DNA from: a virus
Virus genome (UHGV): UHGV-1298062
Reading direction: 5' to 3' (one strand)
DNA length: 14,957 nucleotides
Shown: piece by piece, positions 5,220 to 14,774 of the stretch
Layout: each line of letters begins with the position of its first letter
Position numbering within the stretch: position 1 is the stretch's first letter
Made by a program: the position numbers and the translations under genes
Notes under the pieces: generated by a model
Databases searched by the model: none
What the model was told of the DNA's origin: nothing
The model's input: only the letters and a program-made list of their open reading frames with translations

Positions 5220-7933
5220 TATGCAAGCCTCACAATATAGTTAAATGCGATGTTTTTGACGGTGTTTTCCGCGTTACCAGCAGCGTTAACGGTGATGGTG
5301 TGTCCATGTGAACCAATCGCAACGGAGTGCGTATGAGCACCAATACCGACAGTATGTGTGTGTGCACCTGCGCTTGCAGCAGTACCCGATACAGAGTGCG
5401 TATGAGCGCCTGCAGAAGAAGTGTTAACACTGTATTTAGAATAATCAGGTGATCCACTTCCCGGAGCACCACTGGAACCACCTGAAACAAATGTCATCGA
5501 ATGGGTATGTGCACCGGCTGAAGCAGCCGTACCGCTAACACTATGGGTATGCGCACCAGTGTTATTCGTGGATTTAGTGCCGTAATCAAACGACGATGTG
5601 GTTTTCGTCCCCAAATCCGTACTGGATGCGCTGGCGCTGTGGGTGTGCGATTTAATGCCGTCCTGTTCCTGAGACAATACGGCACGACCACTGGCGGGCT
5701 TGCCCTTAATCGTCCAGCCACGCATATCAGGGATCACGCCTGACGGATACGCAACCGCAAGCAGGGGATAGGCTGCCTTATCAAAAGCCTGCCCCTGCAT
5801 AATGGCATAGCCTGTAGGTACTGAATCAGAAGGCCACGGAATCGCCGCACCTACCGGAAATGAATCCTGCGGCGTCCAAGGTGTCCAGCCACCCGTTGAA
5901 TACTGGCTGCGGGTATAGCTTCTGGATGTGTTATACACATAGTAAATTTGTGTTATTCCGGCATTTTTAAGCACAACCAGAGTGCCCGCAAGGTTCTCCG
6001 GGTATTTCAGCGATGCGCTTGCATTCGCATTCAGTGGCTGATGGTACAGCCCCGGCGTTTTGTAATTATCCAGATTCTGGTTTGCACCAATCTCAATACT
6101 CTGACTGTTAAAAATATCCTGCGATGTAACATTGACATCATTGGTCAGTGGTTTGCCATTGACCTTACGCTCGCCAGGAACGCGCCCGTTTGCATTATCA
6201 TTAGCTGCTTTCACTGCTTTCGGTGTCGCGGCAAACGTTTCAGATGCGCTGTTGGTTGCACTACTGAGCTGGACAATTCCTTTTTGTGCTGTCGTAGCGT
6301 CCTGAGCAGTATATTTCCCGTTAGCAAGGTCATAGGCTGCCTTTACCGACTTTGGCGTTGCCGCCAGCATTTCAGATGTGCTGTTGGTCGCGTTGCTAAG
6401 CTGAACTATCCCTTTCTGTGCTGTCGTTGCATCCTGTGCGGTGTATTTCCCGTTAGCCAGGTCATACGCGGCCTTAACGGCTTTTGGTGTTGCCGCCAGT
6501 GACTCGGAAGTACTGTTGGTCTCACTGCTAAGTTGTACTATTCCCTTATTCGTCGTGCTTGCATCCTCAAGCGCCACGGCGGATGCAATATCCTCTGCCC
6601 GTTTTGCCGCTGTCTCAGAGCGTGTTGCCGCGGATTCTGCCGCATTTTTGCTCTGCGCAGCCGCCGTCGCACTGTCTGCCGCTTCCGTCGCCTTCGTTGA
6701 TGCCGTTGTCGCACTCTCTGCTGCCGCTGACGCCTGGCGAGCGGCCTCATCTTTTGAAGATGACGCCGAGGAAGCTGAAACAGAGGCAGAGCTTGCAGAT
6801 TCGGCTGCTGTCTCCTTAGAAGCAGCGGCATTGTCTTCTGAAGTCTTTGCATTGGTTTCAGAAGATTTTGCCGCCTCTGCTGACTTTTCCGCAGCTGTTG
6901 CCTGTTCCGTCGCCTCTGTCGCTTTAGCGGTGGTATTTGCCGCAGATAACGAAGCGCTTTCCGCAGACTTTTCTGCCGACGTTGCACTTGATGAAGCACT
7001 ATCCGCGCTTATTGAGGCCGCGCTCGCTGACGTTTCTGCCGCAGATTTAGAACTGTTTGCAGACAATGCACTCTGTTCGGCAGCAGCTTCAGACGCTTTT
7101 GCGTTTGTCTCTGATGCTTTTGCTGCCTTACATGAATTTGCAGCTTCTGTAGCTGATGATGCTGCCGCGTTTGCACTCGATGAAGCGTTAGTCTCTGATA
7201 ATTTAGCCGCATCCTTAGATGCAGAGGCACTGGACGCTGATGTGGCTGCCTCCGATGCTTTAGTCGACGCCACAGATGCTGATTTTGCTGCCGCTTCTTT
7301 TGCCGCTTCTGCGTTTGTTTCAGATTTTTCCGCAGCAGCTGCACTCTCACTCGCCGCACTTTGTGAAGATACCGCAGCGGATGCACTTTGAGATGCCTGA
7401 GAGGCTTTTTCTACAGCAGTGTTGGCACTTTCTGCCGCAGCGACAGCACTGGCCGCCGCCTCCCGAGCTTTGTCTCCAGCGGCCTCAATCGCATCGGTGT
7501 TATTTTTATACCACTCAACGTTTTCGTTATGCTCGTTGACGATCTGCATTAGCGGCTTAACGGTCACTTCTGTACCGTCTTCACGCTCGATTGTCACATC
7601 ATCCAGAGCGGTCAACCAACTGCGCATGGACTTGGAATCAGCCGACATACGCGACATTAGTGCAGTAAAGCGCGCACTAAACTGAGTTAAGTCGCCTTCA
7701 TAGGTCGTAATGATTCGGCACGGAACTTTAGATTGAGTTTCGCCGGTATAAGGTTCTGAGAGGACAATGACCGTATCACTGGTTACGCGCTTGACCTCAT
7801 ACAACTTATTGTCAGGACCAATGACAATCATGCCCGGTAACACGCCGTTTTCGGTCAAATTCCAACGTGTTCCGATGCCTGATATTGTGTCGCTTCCTTT
7901 TGTAAATGTAACAGTACCTTCCCTGTACCACAT
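5219..7933 (-). CDS. stf: side tail fibre protein Stf (lambda Stf-like C-terminal part, different N-terminal domain)
   Basis: Preferred start ATG 7933 (AAGGAG 11 nt upstream); the ORF extends to GTG 7975. 904 aa. Ala/Ser-rich low-complexity shaft, three tandem tail-fibre repeats ([42 protein letters not shown]), C-terminal block matching lambda Stf ([45 protein letters not shown]) with HxH repeats. Confidence 0.9.
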   Translation of the reverse strand: MWYREGTVTFTKGSDTISGIGTRWNLTENGVLPGMIVIGPDNKLYEVKRVTSDTVIVLSEPYTGETQSKVPCRIITTYEGDLTQFSARFTALMSRMSADSKSMRSWLTALDDVTIEREDGTEVTVKPLMQIVNEHNENVEWYKNNTDAIEAAGDKAREAAASAVAAAESANTAVEKASQASQSASAAVSSQSAASESAAAAEKSETNAEAAKEAAAKSASVASTKASEAATSASSASASKDAAKLSETNASSSANAAASSATEAANSCKAAKASETNAKASEAAAEQSALSANSSKSAAETSASAASISADSASSSATSAEKSAESASLSAANTTAKATEATEQATAAEKSAEAAKSSETNAKTSEDNAAASKETAAESASSASVSASSASSSKDEAARQASAAAESATTASTKATEAADSATAAAQSKNAAESAATRSETAAKRAEDIASAVALEDASTTNKGIVQLSSETNSTSESLAATPKAVKAAYDLANGKYTAQDATTAQKGIVQLSNATNSTSEMLAATPKSVKAAYDLANGKYTAQDATTAQKGIVQLSSATNSASETFAATPKAVKAANDNANGRVPGERKVNGKPLTNDVNVTSQDIFNSQSIEIGANQNLDNYKTPGLYHQPLNANASASLKYPENLAGTLVVLKNAGITQIYYVYNTSRSYTRSQYSTGGWTPWTPQDSFPVGAAIPWPSDSVPTGYAIMQGQAFDKAAYPLLAVAYPSGVIPDMRGWTIKGKPASGRAVLSQEQDGIKSHTHSASASSTDLGTKTTSSFDYGTKSTNNTGAHTHSVSGTAASAGAHTHSMTFVSGGSSGAPGSGSPDYSKYSVNTSSAGAHTHSVSGTAASAGAHTHTVGIGAHTHSVAIGSHGHTITVNAAGNAENTVKNIAFNYIVRLA
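6190..6570 (-). repeat. about 2.8 tandem copies of a 132-bp in-frame repeat inside stf (phage tail-fibre repeat)
   Basis: Period seen directly: gtatatttcccgttagcaagg at 6309 and gtgtatttcccgttagccagg at 6441 (132 bp apart). Encodes the repeated KGIVQLSS...[19 protein letters not shown] unit. Boundaries approximate. Confidence 0.6.
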
Positions 7934-7953
7934 GTTCTTTTTCACTCCTTGAA

Positions 7954-7975
7954 GTGTGGGCGTCCTTGCCCACAC
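7954..7975 (-). other. GC-rich hairpin in the stf leader (8-bp stem gtgtgggc/gcccacac, 6-nt loop)
   Basis: Perfect inverted repeat at 7954-7961 and 7968-7975, 20 nt upstream of the stf AAGGAG RBS. No U-tract follows on the mRNA strand, so it is not a classical terminator. Confidence 0.4.
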
Positions 7976-7977
7976 AA

Positions 7978-7997
7978 ATAGGTATATACTTACTTAT
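7978..7997. promoter_or_regulatory. imperfect palindrome ataggta-N6-tacttat sharing the GTAAGTA.ATACCTA core with the site at 4565-4588
   Basis: 7-bp arms with one mismatch. On the minus strand it reads GTAAGTATATACCTA versus GTAAGTACATACCTA at the other site (14 of 15 identical). Lies in the J-stf intergenic region. Confidence 0.35.
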
Positions 7998-8068
7998 TAT
8001 CAATGATACAAAATCCTTTTGCACTAAGAAAACACGCTATATACATTGCTGCTCATTATTCCTATCAA

Positions 8069-11000
8069 TTAACTGATGCCCGACATGGAAAATGCGCCAC
8101 TTCCACGGCTGATTAGCATCACGGGCGAATAAATATGTGTCTGTGATGAACTGGTCACTTTTACCGTAACAGCAACAGTTCTTGAGGTAACATTGTTAAA
8201 AGCAGCGTAAAGAGTGCCACCGACGCCTGTAGATCTTGTTGAATTAAGATCAGGGTCTCTGTATGTTGCCCCCTTACCAGTGGCTGCGGTCTTCGTCACT
8301 CCATTGCAGGTAAATTGTGCTGCAACAGGGCCGACGCCCCCCGTATATACATTTATTGCCACATAAATATTTTTGGGCAATGCAGACGAAGAAGAGTCTG
8401 TATATGTCATTGTATATGTGCCGCTGTTACGAACTGAGAAGTCATTGCCCACATACATGTTAGCGACATCGCCTACGAAGTGATCTGCTTGTACCGTGCC
8501 TCTGAATGTTCCGCTGGTAGCCTGTATTTCTCCTGTGAATTTGCCATTCGTTGCGTAAACGGTGCCTCTAACAGTTACATTGTTAAACTCTGAGTTCCCG
8601 TTTTTATTAATATGCCACCCCGTCATCCCGCTTGAGTAATCGTTGGACTGAATGAAGTTGCCTATTTTGGCGTTATCAATGGTGCCGTTCTTGATATAAG
8701 CTCCGTTCATATAAGCCACACCGGCATCAATAACGAATGGCGTTGTAATTTTCCCATTAACGGAGTTCACCAAACCAAAGCGATCTGCCTGCACCAAAAA
8801 CTGCGATAGACCTGTTGTGTCGATGCCCAACGCTATGCCGGCAACATATTTTTGGCCTCCGCTGGTGGAGGTTTCCATTTTCAGCGTCCAGGCTGTTGAT
8901 ACCTTCTTGTTCGTATCAGCAATAGCTGTGGCCTGTTGTTGAATTGTTGCTGTATTTCCATCTACTGATGCTTTTAAGGTGTCAACTCTCCCACTTAGTG
9001 CATTGTCGGCGCTTGTACGCGTAGTCGCTTCAGATGTAATCGCAGCATGAATATCTTTGCTCGTTTGAGCCTGTAGATTAGTGATATTAGAAGCCAAAGC
9101 GGAATCAGCATCAGTTCTGGCTTTCGTCTCTTCAGCTACAGCCGCCTTAATATCCTTGCCCGTTTGACTCTTCAATGTAGTTATCTGTTGTGCCAAAGAT
9201 TCGTCGGCAGTTGCTCGGGCGTTTTTTTCTTCAGATATAGCGGCACTAATATCGCCTTCAACTTTGGCTTGTAACGATAGGACTTCTTTTGAAAGTGCTT
9301 CATCGGCACTGGCTCGCGCCTCTTGTTCACTCACAATTGCGGCAGAAATGTCATCGTTAATCTTTGATTCAAGTTTGGTGATTCTGCTTCCAATAGCATT
9401 ATCCGCATCTACACGAGCCGTAGTCTCTTCAGTGATTGAAGCTCTGATATCCTCATTTATTTCAGCTCTAATCTCTTCCATTTTCGTAGCCATTGCGGAC
9501 ATATCATCTGCAAAAGCCTTCTGAGTTGTGGCGATCCTGGCATTGCTCACCATCTGTTTGTGCTGGTCTTCATCCTGACGCAAAGCTAAATCGATGTTTG
9601 TTTTAGCCAATGCCTCAATGTTTGTCGTCACTTCGGCACTGGAGTGCTCGACTTCAGCCACGGTTTTTTTCATCTCTTCAATGGTGGCCAAACTGCTATC
9701 TACAGTTGACTTCATTGCCTCGATTTCTTTCGCGTTCGCCAAGTCGCCTTCGACTCGTGCCTCACGTTCCTCCGCAACTAAAGCCGATGAATTGTCCAGT
9801 GCTGCATTCGCGGCCTCAACCGCTCCAGCAACGACCTTGTCCTGCTCTGAAACAGTTTCCTTCAACTGAATTAATGCGGCATTTGAGTTTTCAACCTCCT
9901 TAAGAGCCTCTTCCACCTTGCTGACAGTATTAGAAACTTCCGTTCTAAGAACGTTTTGGGCTTCTTCAATCCGTTGATCGGTCTCAGTAAATTTGTCATC
10001 AAGGCTTTTCAGGCTTTCTTCCATCTGCTTGTTGATTGCGTCGACGGCTTCCTGCGAGGCTTTGGTGTCGATTTCCTCAAGCAGTTCCTGCCCCAATTCC
10101 GAAGAAGTGATCTTCCCGGTCAGGAAAGACAGAACATCTTTCGTCATCGCCTCAGTGCCCAAATTGGAGTTGGGCTGGCTCAACATTCCGCGTTTGTTTG
10201 CTGCACGAACCCAATAGAACCAAGTTTCGCTATCTCCAAGACCTGCGTGCGTAAAGGTGGTACTGGCTGCTTCGGCAATTAGTTTTGCAGTATCCAGGTT
10301 GTTGGTCCGGGATGCATACACGTTGATGTGATCGAGGTCGATTGAGTCCGGGTTAACCCAATTCAGAATCACATTGCGGTAGTCGCCCACGGCCGTCAGT
10401 GCAGTCGGTGCATCCGGCGGCGTCATCGTCCCCTGAACTTTGTAGACGGTGCTGATAATTTCTGTTTTTTTACCGTTGAATGAAACCGCATACAGTTGGA
10501 AGTCGTAGCGTCCATTCTCCGCGACATTAACGATTTCGTATTGCTCTTCGGTTACACGCGCCGATTGCCAGTTCGATACATTGTTTGCATCAGAACGTCG
10601 CCAACTGATCCAATACTCTGGAGATTTCCCTTCCCATGTTGCAGTCAGTTTTACTGACAGGTTGCCCGGGCTTGAGAGATAAGTCCCTTCAGTGATTTGC
10701 AAATTAGACGGCTTGGAGTAAGTCGGGTCCAATACCGTCGTATTCTGCGGGATAAGCGTTGCACCATTGTCGATCGCCTCATATTTAGACGGATTGTTTT
10801 CAACAGCGGTGATGTCAAAGCTACCCGACGTTTCCCCCTGAGCGATGTTAACGATGCGAACGCGCATAGGTTCGAGATCTGGTTCTGTAATTGTCCAGAC
10901 ACCGTTCAAAACAGGCGTTTCCGCTGACGACAGGGCTTTTGAAAACGTAACTTTTGTTATATTTTCGCCAGTTTCAAGAACATCGCGTTCAACGATTTTG

Positions 11001-12643
11001 CCTTCCTGATTCAGTATTCGAATAAAGCAGCCGCCTTTGGCTAACGACACAGGCGCATCGAGTGTGACGCTGTTTTTAGTAAACGCCACAATTCGACCTG
11101 AGTTACGTTTGCCTGCGCGATATTTGTTCTGAATCAGAACGGTTTCACCAGGCATCAAAAATGACGCGTCTAAGCCGGCAGTAAATGTAATTACATCCGA
11201 CTCCATTCTGGCGGTATATAAAAGCCACAAACCAACTCGGTGAGCCTGCCCTCGGCTTGTACAGCCAAATGCTACGACTTCTGTCTTACGCTCACCATAA
11301 CGGCGCATTGCGTCCTGATCTTCAACGTACTCGATGTTTTGCTTATAACCGTCCTCCTTGTTGTTGTAGGTTACGAGCGCAACGGATGGGCGATCTTTAC
11401 GCGCAGAACCTTTATAGGTAAACAATCCATCTTTGACGTTAGAGTTGGTAAACATCATTACCGGATCTGATGGGCTATCCTGCATGATGTTAACCATCCC
11501 ACCAGCCCAAAACACCATGCCGCGGAATGCTCCAGCAATATCCTGAATTAGCCGGTATGCGTCCTGTCGACTGGTGATCTGCGTATTGATTGCAAAGCGT
11601 TTCTCTTTGCCACCAAAGCCATCATCGACCTCTTCGTCACAATATCGACCAATCTGGTACAACTGGCCAAGGTCAATCATAGATTCCGACACATACTGAC
11701 CAAGGCCATATCGAGCATTGGTCAGCAAATCAAAGAGAATCCACGCAGGGTTTGAAGAAGACAACAGCTTAAAAGTACCGTCCCATACGCCGACATAAGT
11801 ATTGGTGTATTCGTTGTAGTTTGACGGTACTCGGATTTTTATACCGCGCACCAAATACGAACGGGAAGGCATTGTGCTACCAAACTGCTCTGAATTGACC
11901 TTCAAGCCAACAAGAGCAGAGTTAGGGTAGTTCATTGGCGTGTCGACAATTTCCCCGATGGAATCCACCCATGTATCGTTATAGAGATACTGAGTTTTGC
12001 TGTCGTCGGTTAGACGTATGACACGAACCTTATATGCACGGCCAGGTTTCGGCAGTTTGAGTTCATAGCTGCGGTAGTAAACACCTGTCTTCTTCGCTGT
12101 CAGTGCAATTTCAACGTCTTTCTCACCTTCAGCAACGACATCGGCAAATGTTCCATCGCCATTGGCAATCTGGAACTTGTATTTGACTGTTGTACCGTTG
12201 GTGTCGCCGGATTTCTTATCCACGGAACGTAGAGAGGGGAATTTGAGAATGAGTCGAACGCGGTCAGCTTCATCGTTATCGATGGAGACCGTGACATCAT
12301 GCGTCTTTTTCAACTGAATGTTGATGGACTTCGGCGTCTCGACGAAATCAAAACCGGCCATAGGCGTCTGATCTTGCGAACCATCGCGAAAATCCCATGT
12401 AATACCGCTGTAGTTTGCAGAGCCGTCTTCATTGAGGATCGGCAGGTCGTCGATAAAAATCGACTTTGCTCCGTCGACAAGACCGCCAATAACGCCTTCC
12501 CCGAGCAAGTCGAGGATGGACGCCATAGCACGCGAGTTAACGGTATCATCGGCTTCAACCGGCGTGCGGCTGGAGCTGCTGCTTTTCTTGCCGCCTGCAC
12601 CTGCGATCAGGAGAGGCAGTCTTTTCTTCTTGAACTGTTCCAT
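8069..12643 (-). CDS. J: tail tip host-specificity protein J (lambda gpJ family) with central coiled-coil insertion and divergent C-terminal domain
   Basis: Preferred start ATG 12643 (AAGGA 10 nt upstream); the ORF extends to TTG 12649. 1524 aa versus about 1130 aa for lambda J. Conserved gpJ blocks present (GKKSSSSSRTP N-terminus, VWDGTFK, AFGCTSRGQAHR.GLWL, YVAGI.LG....LSQFLV). Roughly 330 aa of coiled-coil repeats inserted in the middle; last ~140 aa unlike the lambda J C-terminus. Confidence 0.92.
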   Translation of the reverse strand: MEQFKKKRLPLLIAGAGGKKSSSSSRTPVEADDTVNSRAMASILDLLGEGVIGGLVDGAKSIFIDDLPILNEDGSANYSGITWDFRDGSQDQTPMAGFDFVETPKSINIQLKKTHDVTVSIDNDEADRVRLILKFPSLRSVDKKSGDTNGTTVKYKFQIANGDGTFADVVAEGEKDVEIALTAKKTGVYYRSYELKLPKPGRAYKVRVIRLTDDSKTQYLYNDTWVDSIGEIVDTPMNYPNSALVGLKVNSEQFGSTMPSRSYLVRGIKIRVPSNYNEYTNTYVGVWDGTFKLLSSSNPAWILFDLLTNARYGLGQYVSESMIDLGQLYQIGRYCDEEVDDGFGGKEKRFAINTQITSRQDAYRLIQDIAGAFRGMVFWAGGMVNIMQDSPSDPVMMFTNSNVKDGLFTYKGSARKDRPSVALVTYNNKEDGYKQNIEYVEDQDAMRRYGERKTEVVAFGCTSRGQAHRVGLWLLYTARMESDVITFTAGLDASFLMPGETVLIQNKYRAGKRNSGRIVAFTKNSVTLDAPVSLAKGGCFIRILNQEGKIVERDVLETGENITKVTFSKALSSAETPVLNGVWTITEPDLEPMRVRIVNIAQGETSGSFDITAVENNPSKYEAIDNGATLIPQNTTVLDPTYSKPSNLQITEGTYLSSPGNLSVKLTATWEGKSPEYWISWRRSDANNVSNWQSARVTEEQYEIVNVAENGRYDFQLYAVSFNGKKTEIISTVYKVQGTMTPPDAPTALTAVGDYRNVILNWVNPDSIDLDHINVYASRTNNLDTAKLIAEAASTTFTHAGLGDSETWFYWVRAANKRGMLSQPNSNLGTEAMTKDVLSFLTGKITSSELGQELLEEIDTKASQEAVDAINKQMEESLKSLDDKFTETDQRIEEAQNVLRTEVSNTVSKVEEALKEVENSNAALIQLKETVSEQDKVVAGAVEAANAALDNSSALVAEEREARVEGDLANAKEIEAMKSTVDSSLATIEEMKKTVAEVEHSSAEVTTNIEALAKTNIDLALRQDEDQHKQMVSNARIATTQKAFADDMSAMATKMEEIRAEINEDIRASITEETTARVDADNAIGSRITKLESKINDDISAAIVSEQEARASADEALSKEVLSLQAKVEGDISAAISEEKNARATADESLAQQITTLKSQTGKDIKAAVAEETKARTDADSALASNITNLQAQTSKDIHAAITSEATTRTSADNALSGRVDTLKASVDGNTATIQQQATAIADTNKKVSTAWTLKMETSTSGGQKYVAGIALGIDTTGLSQFLVQADRFGLVNSVNGKITTPFVIDAGVAYMNGAYIKNGTIDNAKIGNFIQSNDYSSGMTGWHINKNGNSEFNNVTVRGTVYATNGKFTGEIQATSGTFRGTVQADHFVGDVANMYVGNDFSVRNSGTYTMTYTDSSSSALPKNIYVAINVYTGGVGPVAAQFTCNGVTKTAATGKGATYRDPDLNSTRSTGVGGTLYAAFNNVTSRTVAVTVKVTSSSQTHIYSPVMLISRGSGAFSMSGIS
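8975..9470 (-). repeat. five tandem 99-bp in-frame repeats inside J (33-aa coiled-coil units)
   Basis: Repeat landmarks at about 9051, 9150, 9249, 9348 and 9447 give a 99-bp period. Encodes five units of the form DI.AAI..E...R..AD.AL...I..L. Copies are diverged; boundaries approximate. Confidence 0.55.
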
Positions 12644-12659
12644 GTTCAAAAAATCCTTA

Positions 12660-13253
12660 TTACATAAGCTGGTCGATGGTGATAGAAGAACTCACAACCT
12701 GCGAGCCAACCAAAATTTCCTCTCCATAGATCAGCTGCACCGGGTTTCCCTGGTTAGTGGTGTTCTGCGGCCCATCGAAATAGAACGAGTCGGAGTTATC
12801 TGCCTGTCTTACACTTTCGTTAGTGGCTTGCGGAGATATGATTTGCGCTATACCGCCCATCATCAGTGACAAACCGAGAGGTGCTAAAGCAGGCATCATT
12901 ACCGCCGATACAACCAACAAAGCGGCTCCTACTACCGTCTGAAACCACCCAAAAGCAGAACCGCCGCTTCCTCGCGGAACAGGGGTAATGCGGATTTTGG
13001 CTATGTTGTCAGACTGCCCCATCATCTGATATTCACTCTCGTCCACAGACCACTTGTGGCCCTGTTTATTGGTGATCTGGATGTGGTATCTGTCATAGGT
13101 TTTGATGTTGCGCTTCATCCATGCTTTAAACCCAGGCTTGTTGGCCTCAATTAAATCCAGAGCCTGCTTGGTGTTGCGAACTTTCAAATGCCAGTGACGA
13201 CCAAAATGTTTGGCCATAGGGCCGCCAAGTTGCACATGAACTAACTCAGACAC
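12660..13253 (-). CDS. I: tail assembly protein I (lambda gpI-like)
   Basis: GTG 13253 with GGGAG 7 nt upstream; start lies 10 nt inside the 3' end of K. 197 aa. N-terminal ubiquitin-like region (VHVQLGGPMAKHFGRHWHLKV, compare lambda ARICLYGDLQRFGRRIDLRV), hydrophobic Gly/Ala-rich middle, C-terminal VQLIYGEEILVGSQVVS (compare lambda VLPVLYGEMRVGSRVVS). Confidence 0.85.
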   Translation of the reverse strand: MSELVHVQLGGPMAKHFGRHWHLKVRNTKQALDLIEANKPGFKAWMKRNIKTYDRYHIQITNKQGHKWSVDESEYQMMGQSDNIAKIRITPVPRGSGGSAFGWFQTVVGAALLVVSAVMMPALAPLGLSLMMGGIAQIISPQATNESVRQADNSDSFYFDGPQNTTNQGNPVQLIYGEEILVGSQVVSSSITIDQLM

Positions 13254-14038
13254 TTTTCATCTCCCTTGAGTAAGTCTCTGTGACGCAGATGGTGCGTCGT
13301 ATGTTTCTGGTACATGCCGCCGTAATAAGCGCGACAACTCAGGCGGTCGATTTGGTGATGCAGGATCATGCCGTCTCCGATATACACCGCGCAGTGATCA
13401 GGCATTTTCCCGTACTGGATGAAGAAGACATCGCCGCGCTGCGGCTCCGTCCCTGGCGCAAGACGCACAAGCCCTTCATTTCGATAGTTATGGTCGAGAA
13501 TGTCATCATCACCCGTGTACCATGACGGAATATGCAGATGCGCATTCGGGTTCAGCTCGACACCAAACTCTCGTTTCAGATAGTCGCGACAAAGCATCCA
13601 GCAGTCGAAGACGCCGAACACATAGGGTCGGCCCAGATAAGGCATCTCAAAGCCGTCTGGGGTGATCACATTCATTTCACTGAAGTGAAATGGCGCATCG
13701 CCCTCGATGTTCTTGCGAACAGCCAGAATCAGCCACGGAACTTCCGTTGCCTCACATCCGGCGCGGTCGGCGTCTGACGCATCAGCAGATTCGTCAGTAT
13801 GGGAGTGCCAGATGGCAACCACGTCTCCCGCATCTTCCGCAGTGATAATGTCGTCAGCGTGCATAACAAACGTGTTTTCCGGGTGCTCCGACACGTTCCG
13901 GGCTTCAATGAAGCGATATTTCTCGCCAGTGGTACGCACCAGAAAGCCACACGCTTCGTTCGGGTAACGTTTAATGGCTGTCAGATAGATTTCCTGCATA
14001 ACGTCCGAACCAAGCTCCGGGAATACTCTATTGCCCAT
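13241..14038 (-). CDS. K: tail assembly protein K (lambda gpK-like; JAB/MPN plus NlpC/P60-type domains)
   Basis: N-terminal region resembles a JAB/MPN domain (NEACGFLV ... IWHSHTD) and the C-terminal region resembles the NlpC/P60-type part of gpK (FDCWMLCRDY ... HCAVYIGDG). Start uncertain: ORF opens at TTG 14065; in-frame ATGs at 14038 (chosen, overlaps the L stop by 11 nt) and 13999. Confidence 0.82.
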   Translation of the reverse strand: MGNRVFPELGSDVMQEIYLTAIKRYPNEACGFLVRTTGEKYRFIEARNVSEHPENTFVMHADDIITAEDAGDVVAIWHSHTDESADASDADRAGCEATEVPWLILAVRKNIEGDAPFHFSEMNVITPDGFEMPYLGRPYVFGVFDCWMLCRDYLKREFGVELNPNAHLHIPSWYTGDDDILDHNYRNEGLVRLAPGTEPQRGDVFFIQYGKMPDHCAVYIGDGMILHHQIDRLSCRAYYGGMYQKHTTHHLRHRDLLKGDEKCLS

Positions 14039-14729
14039 AACGCGTTGCCCCAATGAACCCGCCAAAGTGGATTACGCCATTGGCAAAGTAGTTGCGCCGT
14101 GCGTTGCATGAGTCGTAACGTTTCGTGCAGCAATCCGCTCCTGACATGGTGGTTTGCTGGTTGTTTTTGTCGAAGTACGGACCGGTGTAGCCGCACTCTG
14201 GTCCGCGGTATCTCCACGGGCATGTGTTTTTGATGATCTGGCGGTACGGCAGCTGCACGCCCATCAGATCGAACACACTCGACAGCTCAAACTCGACGAC
14301 CTCATGGGTTTCGAGAGTCTTCTGTTCGATGAACCACATCTCATCCGGGAAGTGCTGATTTGGATCTGCGGTTGGATTCCCGTCTTTGAAGTTGGCCTCG
14401 TCGAGAAAACGCGCCAGCGTCATCTTGCGGATGATGCGGCAACCCACCAGATCGTCGTTTGCCTGAACTTCAGCGGAGACAGTTCCGGCAAAGTTGGAGA
14501 CCTGGATTTTTGGACGCGGCAAAGTACCCTGACCAGTCTTATCAAAGCCTGACGCTTTGATTGGCCACGGTTCGTAGGACACGCCTTGCCAAACAACCGG
14601 CTCCATCAGCTCGTTTGTACCAGCGTGGAAATATAGCTTGCCTCCAGAGGTGGTGTTCGACATATCAAGTTCGAACAGTTCAATGAGCGCGGAGGGCGAC
14701 AAGCTCTGAATATCAGCTTTAATACCCAT
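14028..14729 (-). CDS. L: minor tail protein L (lambda gpL-like)
   Basis: Preferred start ATG 14729 (AAGGAAG 5 nt upstream); the ORF extends to ATG 14762. 233 aa. Matches lambda L blocks (WQG..Y.P.PI..SGF...G.G...P...VSN, R...ARFLD..NF.....ADP, NTC.W.YRG.ECGY.GP, C.K....C..R.N..NFGGF). Confidence 0.88.
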   Translation of the reverse strand: MGIKADIQSLSPSALIELFELDMSNTTSGGKLYFHAGTNELMEPVVWQGVSYEPWPIKASGFDKTGQGTLPRPKIQVSNFAGTVSAEVQANDDLVGCRIIRKMTLARFLDEANFKDGNPTADPNQHFPDEMWFIEQKTLETHEVVEFELSSVFDLMGVQLPYRQIIKNTCPWRYRGPECGYTGPYFDKNNQQTTMSGADCCTKRYDSCNARRNYFANGVIHFGGFIGATRYGQ

Positions 14730-14751
14730 TGTTTCTTCCTTGAAATAAAAA

Positions 14752-14774
14752 GGCGCCAACATCCTGTCAGCGCC
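14752..14774 (-). other. terminator-like hairpin just upstream of the L ribosome-binding site
   Basis: ggcgc / gcgcc 5-bp GC stem (14752-14756 and 14770-14774) with 13-nt loop. On the minus-strand transcript it is followed by UUUUUAUUU and then the L RBS. Short stem and large loop, so strength is doubtful. Confidence 0.3.

Noticed and set aside
6538-7386. Arg/Gln-rich ORFs (153 aa and 125 aa) on the minus strand in alternative frames
   Set aside because: They are alternative reading frames of the stf low-complexity region; the stf frame has the recognisable conserved blocks.
6441-7391. 316-aa Ala-rich ORF on the + strand
   Set aside because: It lies entirely antisense within stf across the Ala/Ser-rich GC-biased region, where reverse-frame ORFs stay open by composition. 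Low-complexity translation, no RBS.
9264-10282. Several 74-108-aa + strand ORFs
   Set aside because: All lie antisense within J, whose frame is supported by conserved gpJ blocks throughout.
13241-14065. K starting at the TTG at 14065 (full 274-aa ORF)
   Set aside because: That start lies 37 nt inside L with no RBS; in-frame ATGs at 14038 or 13999 give a more plausible N-terminus before the JAB/MPN domain. The exact start remains uncertain.
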